52,488 bases of DNA from assembly GCA_014729675.1 (NCBI GenBank), contig WJJM01000005.1, positions 1 through 52,488 of the forward strand, read 5' to 3'. A model generated the notes under the pieces. That model was not told the DNA's origin and searched no databases. It was given only the letters and a program-made list of their open reading frames with translations. The stretch's first letter is position 1; each line of letters begins with the position of its first letter. Shown piece after piece: positions 18,177 to 27,541 of this stretch. The translations under genes and the position numbers were made by a program. Origin of the DNA: Candidatus Woesearchaeota archaeon. GTDB taxonomy: Archaea > Nanobdellota > Nanobdellia > Woesearchaeales > WJKL01.

Positions 18177-18722
18177 TTAGTTGCACACTCCGCATCCTTC
18201 TTCAAAACACATACATTCAGGCTCATAATATTCTCTTGCATGCTTGCATGAAGGACATTTCTCAGGAGGCTCTTCTCCTTCGTGGATAAATCCGCATTTG
18301 CTGCATTTCCATCTTATAGGTTTTTCTCTCTTGAAAACTTCCCTTTTCTCTACCATCTCAAGAAGTTTTTCATACCTTTTTGCATGATGTGATTCTACTT
18401 CAGCTATTCTTCTAAACAACTCAGCAGCTTCTTTTTGCCCTTCTTCTTCAGCTTCTTTTGCAAACTGCGGATACATCTCCATAGTCTCATGGCTTTCCCC
18501 TTCAAGAGCAGCCTTAAGATTTGCCTTTGTATCGCCGATGCCCTTCAGAAGCTTAAACTCGTCCTTTGCATGCTGTTTCTCATTCTCAGCAGCTTCCTCA
18601 AATATTTTTGCTATATAATGATAGCCTTCTTTTCTAGCCACTTTTGCAAAGAAAGTATACTTGTTCCTTGCCTGGCTTTCCCCTGCAAATGCAGCTTTTA
18701 GATTTTCTTCAGTCTTTGTCAT
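18177..18722 (-). CDS. rbr: Rubrerythrin
   Basis: AFAGESQARNKY, ENEKQHA, EVESHH, WKCSKCG..CPSCKH. Confidence 0.95.
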   Translation of the reverse strand: MTKTEENLKAAFAGESQARNKYTFFAKVARKEGYHYIAKIFEEAAENEKQHAKDEFKLLKGIGDTKANLKAALEGESHETMEMYPQFAKEAEEEGQKEAAELFRRIAEVESHHAKRYEKLLEMVEKREVFKREKPIRWKCSKCGFIHEGEEPPEKCPSCKHAREYYEPECMCFEEGCGVCN

Positions 18723-18879
18723 TTTATACCTCCTATTATTTCTGTATATCGTAAGGCCATTTAAATATTTTATCTTATCTCATGTTGTAAAGATAGTCTC
18801 ATGAAGATATTACCCTTGCATTATTGTACCTTTCATTCTTAACATAGCCTTATCTTGTTTTTTTGTATTGTACAGATTC

Positions 18880-19206
18880 TCATACATCTTTATCACTTTC
18901 AGCAAGGCAGATCAATATTGCTGTGTTTTCTTTTGCTTTCAGAGAATGCAAAGAATTTGCTGGCATAGATATAAATACTCCTTGCTTCATCTCAATCTTT
19001 TCACCCTCCAGATTAAATCTTCCTTTTCCTTTTAATACGACAACCACACCATCTTTTGAAGATGTATGCTCATCTATCTCAGTTCCTGCAGATAGACACA
19101 TCAGTGTATAGTCATAATTGTCTGCTTTTACAAGAACCTTGCTGAATATGCCTTTTTCAGGAAACTGCATCTCATCTTCAAGATCCTTAAACAATCCTTT
19201 TTTCAT
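18880..19206 (-). CDS. Cupin domain protein
   Basis: AGTEIDEHT, VLKGKG, MPANSLHSL. Confidence 0.88.
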   Translation of the reverse strand: MKKGLFKDLEDEMQFPEKGIFSKVLVKADNYDYTLMCLSAGTEIDEHTSSKDGVVVVLKGKGRFNLEGEKIEMKQGVFISMPANSLHSLKAKENTAILICLAESDKDV

Positions 19207-19244
19207 TTTTTATCTTTCTTTTTCTGGCATTTTCCGCATCCCAT
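19203..19244 (-). CDS. 13-aa CxxC peptide MGCGKCQKKKDKK
   Basis: Read from sequence; GGAGGG RBS 6 nt upstream; its TGA overlaps the cupin ATG (ATGA). Confidence 0.5.
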   Translation of the reverse strand: MGCGKCQKKKDKK

Positions 19245-19269
19245 GATTATCCCTCCTGTAATATTTAAT

Positions 19270-19310
19270 AAAAACCAGCTGCAGGGAAAAAGGGCAAAAA
19301 CCTGCAGCTG
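19270..19310 (-). terminator. Hairpin plus T-run, terminator/attenuator-like
   Basis: Perfect 11-bp stem CCAGCTGCAGG (19275-19285)/CCTGCAGCTGG (19300-19310) followed by a T-run on the minus strand. Confidence 0.6.
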
Positions 19311-19332
19311 GATTTTGAGGCGTTTTTAAACT

Positions 19333-19479
19333 TCAATTTCCATATAGATTAACCTTCCAAAGATCTTTTTCTATCTGCTCAACTATATTCTCATCTTCAA
19401 ACATCTCTTCTACTTTTCCGGTATTTGTTTTTCCTTCTTCCCAGCACTTTCCTGCATGGCAGGCAACTTTATTTATCAT
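19333..19479 (-). CDS. 48-aa micro-protein MINKVACHAGKCWEE...
   Basis: Read from sequence; GGAGGTGG RBS. Confidence 0.65.
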   Translation of the reverse strand: MINKVACHAGKCWEEGKTNTGKVEEMFEDENIVEQIEKDLWKVNLYGN

Positions 19480-19494
19480 AGTTTCCACCTCCAG

Positions 19495-19614
19495 TTATTT
19501 ATTCTTGAAATCCTTTGCTTTGCAAGATCCTTTTGCAGTCATAAATTTGCCATCTTCCCCATATACAAAAAATAAACTGCAGTTTCCGAACAATCTTTTC
19601 CCGTCCATACCCAT
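19495..19614 (-). CDS. 39-aa micro-protein MGMDGKRLFGNCSLFF...
   Basis: Read from sequence; TGATG overlap with the upstream ORF; may start at the second Met (19608). Confidence 0.5.
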   Translation of the reverse strand: MGMDGKRLFGNCSLFFVYGEDGKFMTAKGSCKAKDFKNK

Positions 19615-19700
19615 CACCTTATCTTTTGGCCAGACTCTTCAACCCCTTCAAGACCATGCTCGATATTTTCCCATATCTTTTCGGCTTTTTCAAGATCCAT
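19614..19700 (-). CDS. 28-aa micro-protein MDLEKAEKIWENIEHG...
   Basis: Read from sequence; overlaps both neighbouring ORFs. Confidence 0.45.
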   Translation of the reverse strand: MDLEKAEKIWENIEHGLEGVEESGQKIR

Positions 19701-19800
19701 TTTTATATACATATTTTTGAAAATGTTTCATGCAAAATCTTTCTAAAACAGCATCATTGATGCACCTTTCACCCATCTCAGTCTTTGCACAACATCTCAT
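19690..19800 (-). CDS. 36-aa C3H zinc-finger-like micro-protein MRCCAKTEMGERCINDAVLERFCMKH...
   Basis: Read from sequence; CxAxTxxGxRC-x9-CxxH pattern. Confidence 0.65.
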   Translation of the reverse strand: MRCCAKTEMGERCINDAVLERFCMKHFQKYVYKNGS

Positions 19801-19917
19801 ATTTTCCTTATCTATAAGATATACAATATCAGGAAGATATATAAATATAATTACTATAATTTATAAGTTATAATACATATAGACCTATAATAAAAAAGAA
19901 AAGCTTATATATTATCC

Positions 19918-20496
19918 ATGCATAACATATATAAAATGGTTAAAAAAACATTCTCAAAGATAGACGAATTCAAGAAAAAGACAAAGTTCAGTGACCACCT
20001 TAACTTAGACAAAAGAGACGACATGATATTGTCCCTTCTTCAGAAAGATCCACGTACATCCCAGGAAGAGATAGCAAAAGCTATAAAACTCTCCCAACCA
20101 TCGACCGGAGCAAGGATAAGAAAACTAAAGGAAAAAGGCATACTTTCCCACACAACAGGTATAAATTTCAACAAAGTAAACCTTCATCTTGCCAAGGTGG
20201 ATGTTTCAGCAAAGGATACGCAAGCAGTAATTGATGAATTCAGTGACTGCCCGCATTTTCTGAATGCATTAGTAACTTCAGGGAGGTTCAATGTCTGCCT
20301 TTTCTTCACAGGCGTCTCTCTTAAGCACATAGAAGGAATAGTCAATGAGCATCTAAGGGGGAACGAAAAGGTAAAAGAACTGGATCTTAGCATAGTGATC
20401 TCAACAGCAAAAGACATGATAATGCCTATGAACATAAATTACGATAATAAAGCACAGCTTTCATGTCCTCAGGATTGCAAGAACTGCCTGAATTAA
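19918..20496 (+). CDS. Lrp/AsnC family transcriptional regulator with a Cys-rich tail
   Basis: LDKRD..IL.LLQ.D.R.S..EIA...LSQPS...RI.KL..GI; C-terminal CPQDCKNC; start uncertain. Confidence 0.9.
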   Translation: MHNIYKMVKKTFSKIDEFKKKTKFSDHLNLDKRDDMILSLLQKDPRTSQEEIAKAIKLSQPSTGARIRKLKEKGILSHTTGINFNKVNLHLAKVDVSAKDTQAVIDEFSDCPHFLNALVTSGRFNVCLFFTGVSLKHIEGIVNEHLRGNEKVKELDLSIVISTAKDMIMPMNINYDNKAQLSCPQDCKNCLN

Positions 20497-20497
20497 T

Positions 20498-21118
20498 ATG
20501 AAATCTCTTATAGACGAGATAACAAGGATAAAGAAGACCAAAGTTAAGGATATTATAGATAAACGTATAAAAGAATTTAAGAGATTGAACAGCTCATCAG
20601 ACAGAAGATGGTTTTACGAACTTTGCTTCTGCCTTATGACAGCAAACTGGAAGGCTCAGGAAGGGATAGAGCTTCAGAAAGAGCTTTGCAAGGATGGCTT
20701 CTGCAACTGGTCTGAAAAAAGTCTTGCAAAACACCTTAAGAAAAGAGGCCACCGATTCTGGCCTCAAAGGGCAGAACGCATAGTCCTTGCAAGAAGATAC
20801 ACAGACAACATAAAGCAGATATTAAAAAAACAAGAAGACCCAAGACAATGGCTGGTAAAAAATATAAAGGGTCTTGGCTATAAAGAATCTTCTCATTTCC
20901 TGAGAAACGTAGGCTACACAGATTACGCTATACTTGACAGGCATATTCAAGATATCCTAAAAAAAGAAAAACTCCTTGAAGAATCAAAAACACTCACTCC
21001 AAAAAGATACCTAGAGACAGAAAGGGTTCTAAAAAAGATAGCACAAAAGACAAAACTCAACCAGGCAGAACTTGACCTTTATATATGGTACTTAAAGACA
21101 GGAAAAGTCCTCAAATAA
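20498..21118 (+). CDS. ogg: N-glycosylase/DNA lyase (archaeal 8-oxoguanine glycosylase)
   Basis: ELCFCLMTAN, GHRF, IKGLGYKESSHFLRNVG, AILDRH, LDLYIWY..TG.VLK. Confidence 0.93.
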   Translation: MKSLIDEITRIKKTKVKDIIDKRIKEFKRLNSSSDRRWFYELCFCLMTANWKAQEGIELQKELCKDGFCNWSEKSLAKHLKKRGHRFWPQRAERIVLARRYTDNIKQILKKQEDPRQWLVKNIKGLGYKESSHFLRNVGYTDYAILDRHIQDILKKEKLLEESKTLTPKRYLETERVLKKIAQKTKLNQAELDLYIWYLKTGKVLK

Positions 21119-22286
21119 CACTGTAATAATCTTCAAGCACTATCTCATCTACATCAGAAAGATTTTTCACTATATACAACCTTCCCTCTCCGATATTTAC
21201 TATATTCTCAGCAAGTTCTTTCCCTTTTTCAAGCCCTACACCTATAAGAGATACACTTATTCCGGCAGCCCTTGCAGCAGATACAGCCTCCAGAACATCT
21301 TCTTCCTTTCCGACAGTAGGCATAGCATCAGTAAGAAGCACAAGATGTTTTGTCACATCATCTTCAGAAAAAAGATCTATAGAATTCTTTATGGTCAACA
21401 CAAAATCAGTTTTCCTGCCTGCCCTTATAGCAGATATCTTCTTAAGAAGCTTTGGAAAATTCTTGCTCGGCTCTTCTTTTTCTTTTATCTCGCTTCCAAA
21501 CACTATCAGTCCAACCTTATCTTCCCTCTCGATAGCTTTATAAGAAAGCACAACCCCTGCCTTCTTACATGCTCCTATCTTCTCTCCTTTCATGCTTCCT
21601 GAAGCGTCTAGCGCATATATCATCTCTATGCTGCCCTTGCTTTCCCTTTCATAAGCTTTCAGGTCATCTTTTCTTAATCTATCATGCCCTCTTTTAACAG
21701 CAAGCCTTATACTTTTCTTTATAGAGATATCATCATATCTGTCTCCTTTCCTAAACTTTCTTACATCTCCTTTTTCTCCATAATAGCTCTTTTTTCTGCT
21801 CTCTTTCTCCCCTTTCATTCCCTTTGCATTCAGATTTTCAAGCTCTTCAGTATACATGACTAAACTTGCCAGCTCCAAAGCCTTATCAGTCATATTATCG
21901 TCTTTCAGAAGCTTTTCTTTTTCAAGTTCTTTTGTATTCTCATCCATCCTCTGTTTTAATTCCTTCTGAAATTCAGGAATCCTTATATTCTTCTCTACAT
22001 AGCCTTCTCCATAACCTGTAGCAAATCTTATTATCCTTTCTCCATATATCTGCTTTGCAAGCTTGAAATTCTTTACCATCTGATCAAACATAAGGTCAGG
22101 ATTAAAGCTGCTCAATCCTCTATTCACAGCATCCTGCAGAAGTTTTCCTTTTTCTATAGCATCCTTATCATTCTCAAGAACAGAATGCATTAGCTTATCA
22201 TTGATATTGCTGAACTCAAGCTTTCCTTCCAACTCTTCAATATCTTCCTTTTTCTTTATCTCTGTCTTTTTGTCACGGGCCACCAC
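21111..22286 (-). CDS. vWA domain protein (Mg-chelatase subunit D-like C-terminus)
   Basis: MIDAS DASGSM, T, LLTDAMP. Confidence 0.85.
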   Translation of the reverse strand: MVARDKKTEIKKKEDIEELEGKLEFSNINDKLMHSVLENDKDAIEKGKLLQDAVNRGLSSFNPDLMFDQMVKNFKLAKQIYGERIIRFATGYGEGYVEKNIRIPEFQKELKQRMDENTKELEKEKLLKDDNMTDKALELASLVMYTEELENLNAKGMKGEKESRKKSYYGEKGDVRKFRKGDRYDDISIKKSIRLAVKRGHDRLRKDDLKAYERESKGSIEMIYALDASGSMKGEKIGACKKAGVVLSYKAIEREDKVGLIVFGSEIKEKEEPSKNFPKLLKKISAIRAGRKTDFVLTIKNSIDLFSEDDVTKHLVLLTDAMPTVGKEEDVLEAVSAARAAGISVSLIGVGLEKGKELAENIVNIGEGRLYIVKNLSDVDEIVLEDYYSVI

Positions 22287-23190
22287 CTTTTGCCTTCAGC
22301 CCGCTGTATTTATTCTCAGCCAGCTTCTCAAACTTTTCCTTTACAAATCCTTCAGGACTCTTAAGGTATTTTACATTAGGTTTCAGCCTTATCCTATGAG
22401 CCAGAACAGAGACAACAGAATTCTTAATATCAGAAAAATCTACAGAACTTCTCCCGTTTACAAGAGCATTGCTTTGACTTCTTTCATAAAGCCCTATTGA
22501 AGCTCGGACAGATGGCTTTTTTTCAACATCATCGTCATCCCTTATCTCTCTTACAAGATCGATCATCAGATCCAGAAATTCTTCCTCTACCTTGGCCAAG
22601 CCTTTGTCCTTAATTGTTACGATATCTTTTTCTGATTCAGATGTTCCAGGATAGCCCATATACACTACATCAAACCTGTCTAGAAGAACATCACTAAGTT
22701 TCTCGGTAGAACTATCCTCTGGATTCATTGTCCCTATGAATATGAAATCAACATCAAAGTCAACATCATACCCCCCTATCGTAGCTTTTTTCTCTTCAAG
22801 TACCTGCAATAGGGCATTCTGCAGCTTTTCAGGACATCTGTTTAGCTCATCAAAGAACAGCACTCCTTTGTCAGCCTTGAATATTTTTCCTTTTGTGAAT
22901 GCTTCAATACTTGAAGCCCCGTATTTCATAGCTTTTATGGGGTCAATATCTCCAAGAAGGTCTTCTACCGTAAGATCAGGGCTTCCCTGTATCCTTACAA
23001 ACTTCCCCTCAGTCAACACATTTGCTATATTTCTTGCAAGCGTTGTTTTTCCTATTCCGGGAGCTCCAACTATAAGCAGGTTTCTTCCAGATATAAGCCC
23101 GCTTTTTATATTTTTCTTGACCTCTTCTTGTCCTATAATGTCTGTAAAAATATCTTTTCTGTCCAGCAGCCTTTTTTTGATGTTTTTCAT
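22273..23190 (-). CDS. MoxR/ChlI-type AAA+ ATPase
   Basis: GAPGIGKT, FFDELNR, QNALLQVLEE, TMNP, LLDRF. Confidence 0.9.
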   Translation of the reverse strand: MKNIKKRLLDRKDIFTDIIGQEEVKKNIKSGLISGRNLLIVGAPGIGKTTLARNIANVLTEGKFVRIQGSPDLTVEDLLGDIDPIKAMKYGASSIEAFTKGKIFKADKGVLFFDELNRCPEKLQNALLQVLEEKKATIGGYDVDFDVDFIFIGTMNPEDSSTEKLSDVLLDRFDVVYMGYPGTSESEKDIVTIKDKGLAKVEEEFLDLMIDLVREIRDDDDVEKKPSVRASIGLYERSQSNALVNGRSSVDFSDIKNSVVSVLAHRIRLKPNVKYLKSPEGFVKEKFEKLAENKYSGLKAKGGGP

Positions 23191-23245
23191 CTTGCAGAAT
23201 TTGAATATAGATAGATTTATATAACTTTTTATTTATAACAAAGAT

Positions 23246-24487
23246 ATGCAAAAATTTGACATAGCTATAGCAGGAGCAGGACCTGCAGGCTTATCTGCAG
23301 CTTCAAAACTAAGCAAACATTTTGATGTTCTTGTTTTTGACAATGCCCGGATCCCACATACAACCCATTCATGGTACAGCTATAAGGATCGCATTAAAAA
23401 ACACAATTTGGAAGATTCAGTCCTAAACAGCTGCAGTTCCCTGGTCTTTAAGGCTGTAACAAAAAGACACGTTATGAAAGACAATTGTGTGGTGCTTGAT
23501 GGAGATAAGATCCTGAAAAGATGGCATGACATTGCTCTTTCAAACAAGGCAGCTATAGGAAAAAAGAAGCTTAAATCCTACAGGAAAAATGAACAAGGCA
23601 TAAGCATCAAGACAGACAAGGGAAAAGTTGATGCAAAACTTTTGATCGACTGCACTGGCTGCAATTCTCCGATTCTTAAGAAGAATAGACTTATAAACCA
23701 CACCAATACATGGCTTTGTTATGGTTCAAGGATAAACAACATATCTGTAAAAGACAATGAACAGATAAAATTTCTTCCTCTCATGGACAAGCACAACACA
23801 TATACTACATTCTATCCCATAAGCAATAACAAGGCAGATTTTTATATATTCAGGAATCTAGAGAACAAGATCCCCGATCCAGAATCGCTTAAACCAATGT
23901 TCTCTCGTTCACTGAAAAAGATATTTCCAAAAGCAAAAAAATTGTCTGAGATTAAGGGAAACATAGTTTCAGGAGAGCTAAAAAGTTATGCATTGGATAA
24001 TGTTGCCTTTTTCGGAGAATCAGGCATGCTCACACCTCCTGCCTGCGGAATGGGATTCAATGAGATACTTATGAAACATTCAAATTTTTCAAAGGGCATA
24101 AAGAAATGTATGGACAACAACAATCTTGATAAGAAAAGCCTTAGCAATATATCTTTGAGCCTCAGGGACAGCAATATAGTGAACTTCCAGAGGATAATAG
24201 GCAAGTTCAGCTATTACTTCATAAACTCTCCCGACAAGTGGGATGGGGGAGTAGAATGGCTGAATTCCCTTGGAAACATGAGCAGATATTGGATGAGAAA
24301 TCAAGTAAGCCTGGAATGGATAACAAAAGCATCTTATAAGCTCTACAAGACAATCCCTTTTTCTGAAGCTGCAAAATACATGCCAAGAAAAGACCTCATT
24401 TTCATAGCAACTCAGTTTGCAAGGTTCATGAAAGGATCTATAATCCAGGAAGCAGAAGAGATTCTGAAGAATGTAAGATTAAATTGA
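23246..24487 (+). CDS. FAD-dependent oxidoreductase (lycopene cyclase/geranylgeranyl reductase-like)
   Basis: IAGAGPAG Rossmann motif, LIDCTG, GESG...P..G.G. Confidence 0.75.
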   Translation: MQKFDIAIAGAGPAGLSAASKLSKHFDVLVFDNARIPHTTHSWYSYKDRIKKHNLEDSVLNSCSSLVFKAVTKRHVMKDNCVVLDGDKILKRWHDIALSNKAAIGKKKLKSYRKNEQGISIKTDKGKVDAKLLIDCTGCNSPILKKNRLINHTNTWLCYGSRINNISVKDNEQIKFLPLMDKHNTYTTFYPISNNKADFYIFRNLENKIPDPESLKPMFSRSLKKIFPKAKKLSEIKGNIVSGELKSYALDNVAFFGESGMLTPPACGMGFNEILMKHSNFSKGIKKCMDNNNLDKKSLSNISLSLRDSNIVNFQRIIGKFSYYFINSPDKWDGGVEWLNSLGNMSRYWMRNQVSLEWITKASYKLYKTIPFSEAAKYMPRKDLIFIATQFARFMKGSIIQEAEEILKNVRLN

Positions 24488-25066
24488 TGCAAGTACCCTT
24501 ATCGCCCACACAGTGGCTCCTGCAGTGACAGGCATCAGGATATTATCATTTAAAGGATTCTCTTTCATCTTAATCCCGATACTTTCAACAGCCATTGCTA
24601 TTATCGCTGCAGCCAATGCTTCATACCACCCAATAAAAAGCCATGCTCCTAATGCTCCTGCAATAGCTCCGGCAATAATCCCTTCTATCTTTTTTTTCTT
24701 GTTCAGGGGATGTTCTATCTTCCCATATTTTCCGATCATAGGAGCAACAGCATCTCCAAGAGCAAGGATCATTATGGCTGCCATTGCTATATCTTTATCA
24801 AAGAGTACAAGTGAAAGAAATATGCCTGTCCCATAAAATACAGCACCTTTGCCAGGAAAAGATTTTATATCATGTTTCCTGTCCAGATATTTTAAAACAT
24901 TATACAGAACAGGAACCTTTATTTTCATACTCATCAGTGAGATAAGCAACCCCATAACAACTGCAACTGCAAAAAAGAACTTTCCTACAATATCATAATG
25001 TATCAATACCACAAACACTATGCCGCTTAGGATATGAAAGATCCGCCTTGCAGTTTCGTCCATCAT
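24479..25066 (-). CDS. Dolichol/phytol kinase-like membrane protein (CTP_transf_1 family)
   Basis: E..RRIFH, LALGDA.A...G, KK.EG, DNI. Confidence 0.85.
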   Translation of the reverse strand: MMDETARRIFHILSGIVFVVLIHYDIVGKFFFAVAVVMGLLISLMSMKIKVPVLYNVLKYLDRKHDIKSFPGKGAVFYGTGIFLSLVLFDKDIAMAAIMILALGDAVAPMIGKYGKIEHPLNKKKKIEGIIAGAIAGALGAWLFIGWYEALAAAIIAMAVESIGIKMKENPLNDNILMPVTAGATVWAIRVLASI

Positions 25067-25545
25067 ATCACCTTGATAAATAGGTTCCATGCTCCGTTTC
25101 CGGAAACACTTATCAGTGTAACTGCTATCCCTGAGATCAGAACCCCAATAATAGCAGCCCTTACATAATCTTTGAAATCAAATCCCAGAAGATAGGCTCC
25201 CAATCCTCCAGAATAAACTCCAGACCCTGGCAAAGGTATACCTATAAACAATGCAAGCCCTATCTTCCCGTACTTCTCCACATAAGGCTCAACTTTTTTC
25301 TGGTTGCTCTTTATAATCTTATCATAGTTTTTTTTGATAAATTCCACTTTAAGAAAAATATACATCAGTTTGTTAAGGAAGAACCATATGAAGGGAACAA
25401 GCACTATATTGGCCACTATGCATATTAAAAATACAGTCAGAACACTCAGCTCAGTCCTAAAAATCCCGTAAGGTATAGATGCTCTCAACTCAAGAAAAGG
25501 CATAAATGTCAGCAGTATAAGCAGTATTATATCGTTCATATTCAT
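25063..25545 (-). CDS. Small multidrug export-like membrane protein (COG2426)
   Basis: PFLELRASIP, LFIGIPLPGSG. Confidence 0.88.
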   Translation of the reverse strand: MNMNDIILLILLTFMPFLELRASIPYGIFRTELSVLTVFLICIVANIVLVPFIWFFLNKLMYIFLKVEFIKKNYDKIIKSNQKKVEPYVEKYGKIGLALFIGIPLPGSGVYSGGLGAYLLGFDFKDYVRAAIIGVLISGIAVTLISVSGNGAWNLFIKVI

Positions 25546-25581
25546 TTAGAATGTTTATCTATTTATATTCTTTTTGTTTAA

Positions 25582-26370
25582 TCACTTCATCATCTTAAGC
25601 GCATTCTCAACAGAAGAATTCTCAAAAATTATCTTCTTCAATGCAGCAGTAACTTTCATAGGGGTATCATGCTGCCAGACATTCCTTCCTACAGCCAGTC
25701 CGGAAACCCCGGTTCCCATTATATTTTTTACTTTTGTAAAAAAGCTGAGGTCATCTATCTTCTTACCTCCAGCAACCATGACTTTTGTATTGCCTGCACA
25801 TCTTACGATCCACTTAAACTCCTCAGGATTATCATTGTATTTTATCTTGATAAAGTCAGCTCCAAGCTCCAATCCCTGCCTTGCAGCATATGCAAGCATA
25901 GAAGTAGAGGTATCATTTGAAACATACCTCCCTCTTGGATACATCCATGCTATGACTGGCAAACCATAATCATGCGCTTCTTCCTGTACTTCTCCAAATT
26001 CCTTGAAGATATCTGGTTCTAGTGGAGATCCCACATAGACTGTATATCCCACTGCATCTGCTCCAAGATCGACAGCCTTCTTTACAGAGCACATCTGCTT
26101 TGCTATGGGGAATATTCTCGGGATATTACTTTTTCCGTTTAATTTTACTATAAGAGGAATCTTCTTGTGATAATGCTCATGATACTGTTCAGCTATACCT
26201 TTCTGCAATATCAATCCATTATATCTGCCGTGCATAGCTATGTATAATATGTAATTAGGGTCGACATTTCTTGTATTAAAATCAACAGGTCCGTGCTCAA
26301 GCCCCTGGTCATAAGCCAACAGCATGCTCTTGCCGTCTGTAAGAATCTTTTCTATCTTTATCCTTTTCAA
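25582..26370 (-). CDS. Class I fructose-bisphosphate aldolase (DhnA type)
   Basis: AYDQGLEHGP, LGADAVG.T.Y.GS, WMYPRG, ELGADFIK, AGG, GRNVWQ; TTG start with GAGG RBS. Confidence 0.93.
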   Translation of the reverse strand: MKRIKIEKILTDGKSMLLAYDQGLEHGPVDFNTRNVDPNYILYIAMHGRYNGLILQKGIAEQYHEHYHKKIPLIVKLNGKSNIPRIFPIAKQMCSVKKAVDLGADAVGYTVYVGSPLEPDIFKEFGEVQEEAHDYGLPVIAWMYPRGRYVSNDTSTSMLAYAARQGLELGADFIKIKYNDNPEEFKWIVRCAGNTKVMVAGGKKIDDLSFFTKVKNIMGTGVSGLAVGRNVWQHDTPMKVTAALKKIIFENSSVENALKMMK

Positions 26371-26389
26371 TCTATCAACCTCTTTTTAC

Positions 26390-27352
26390 TTATAACTCTT
26401 TTTTTACTATTTTAATCTTTCTCTTTTGAACTTCTTTTTTGGCATCTTTCCATCTAAGCAGATTGTTTTTTGCTCCAAGATGTGTTATTACGCTTTCTGC
26501 ATTAATTATACCCAATCTCAATGCAAACTCAATATCTTTCTTTTTTATCAGAGCAGCAACAAATGATGCAGCAAAAGCATCCCCTGCTCCAGTTGTCTCT
26601 TTTATCCTGACTTTATGTGGATTGGCCATATAAGCATTCTTCCCATCAGAACAGAATACAGATTTTGCTCCGTCAGTAACAGCTACGATTTCAGGTCCCA
26701 TATCCTTTAATCTCTGCAAGACTTCGATGATATTTTCTTTTTTAGACAGCATCTGAGCCTCTTCTTTGTTAAGCACAAGAACATTTGTTTTTGCCAGTAT
26801 TTTTTTTATTTTCCTAACACCCTTCTTTATAAGATAGCTGCTTGGATTATATGCTATATTTATCTCTCTATCTGCAGCAAACTCTGCTATCTTCTTCTGT
26901 GTGTCAAGGCTTTTCTTCATCATAGAGCTGAAATAAAACCATTTAGTCTTAAGTTTGCTCCATTTTACATCATCTTCCCTAAGATCATCGTTGCTTCCTT
27001 TATACACAAGTATGGTCCTGTCTCTTTTTTCAGCATCCAGCACCACAGAGAATCCAGTCCTAGCATCTTTATTTGATACAAGGCTGTCGTCTACCTTCTC
27101 TTTCCTGAGCATATAAGTTATCCTCTCAGAATTAGTTCCCTTTCCCATCTTCCCAAGATAAGCTGTCCTCAATCCCAATCTTGAAAAAGCCACAGCAGTA
27201 TTTGTTCCTCCGCCGCCAGTATCAAAATTAAGGTCTTCTATAAGCAATTTTGCACCTACAGGAAAAGAATAATATTTTCCCTTTACAGAACTCTTATCAG
27301 TATGCGCAAAACAATCTACAGTCGAACTTCCTACAGTTATTATATCATACAT
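26390..27352 (-). CDS. PfkB family carbohydrate kinase
   Basis: GGGGTNTA, NKEEA, TTGAGDAF; true start MYDIITVG at 27352. Confidence 0.92.
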   Translation of the reverse strand: MYDIITVGSSTVDCFAHTDKSSVKGKYYSFPVGAKLLIEDLNFDTGGGGTNTAVAFSRLGLRTAYLGKMGKGTNSERITYMLRKEKVDDSLVSNKDARTGFSVVLDAEKRDRTILVYKGSNDDLREDDVKWSKLKTKWFYFSSMMKKSLDTQKKIAEFAADREINIAYNPSSYLIKKGVRKIKKILAKTNVLVLNKEEAQMLSKKENIIEVLQRLKDMGPEIVAVTDGAKSVFCSDGKNAYMANPHKVRIKETTGAGDAFAASFVAALIKKKDIEFALRLGIINAESVITHLGAKNNLLRWKDAKKEVQKRKIKIVKKEL

Positions 27353-27497
27353 TTTCTTTAGTGGGACTGAGCGAGTGAAACGAGCGAATGTCGCACAACG
27401 GGTACCTATAACCTTTAGGTTCTTGGAAATCAAAGATTTCCAATAGGGTGTTAACCCTTAGCTACAATGCCCTTCCTACAGTTATTATATCACACAT
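27327..27497. mobile_element. 119-bp multi-hairpin insertion between 26-bp direct repeats
   Basis: CTTCCTACAGTTATTATATCA(T/C)ACAT at 27327-27352 and 27472-27497; internal palindromes such as TTGGAAATC-aaa-GATTTCCAA. Confidence 0.65.
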
Positions 27498-27541
27498 AAT
27501 CTTAACTCCATTTTATAATATAAAAAAATAAAAAAAGAATC

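Noticed and set aside
27353-27433. N-terminal extension of PfkB
   Set aside because: It is read-through of the palindromic insertion.
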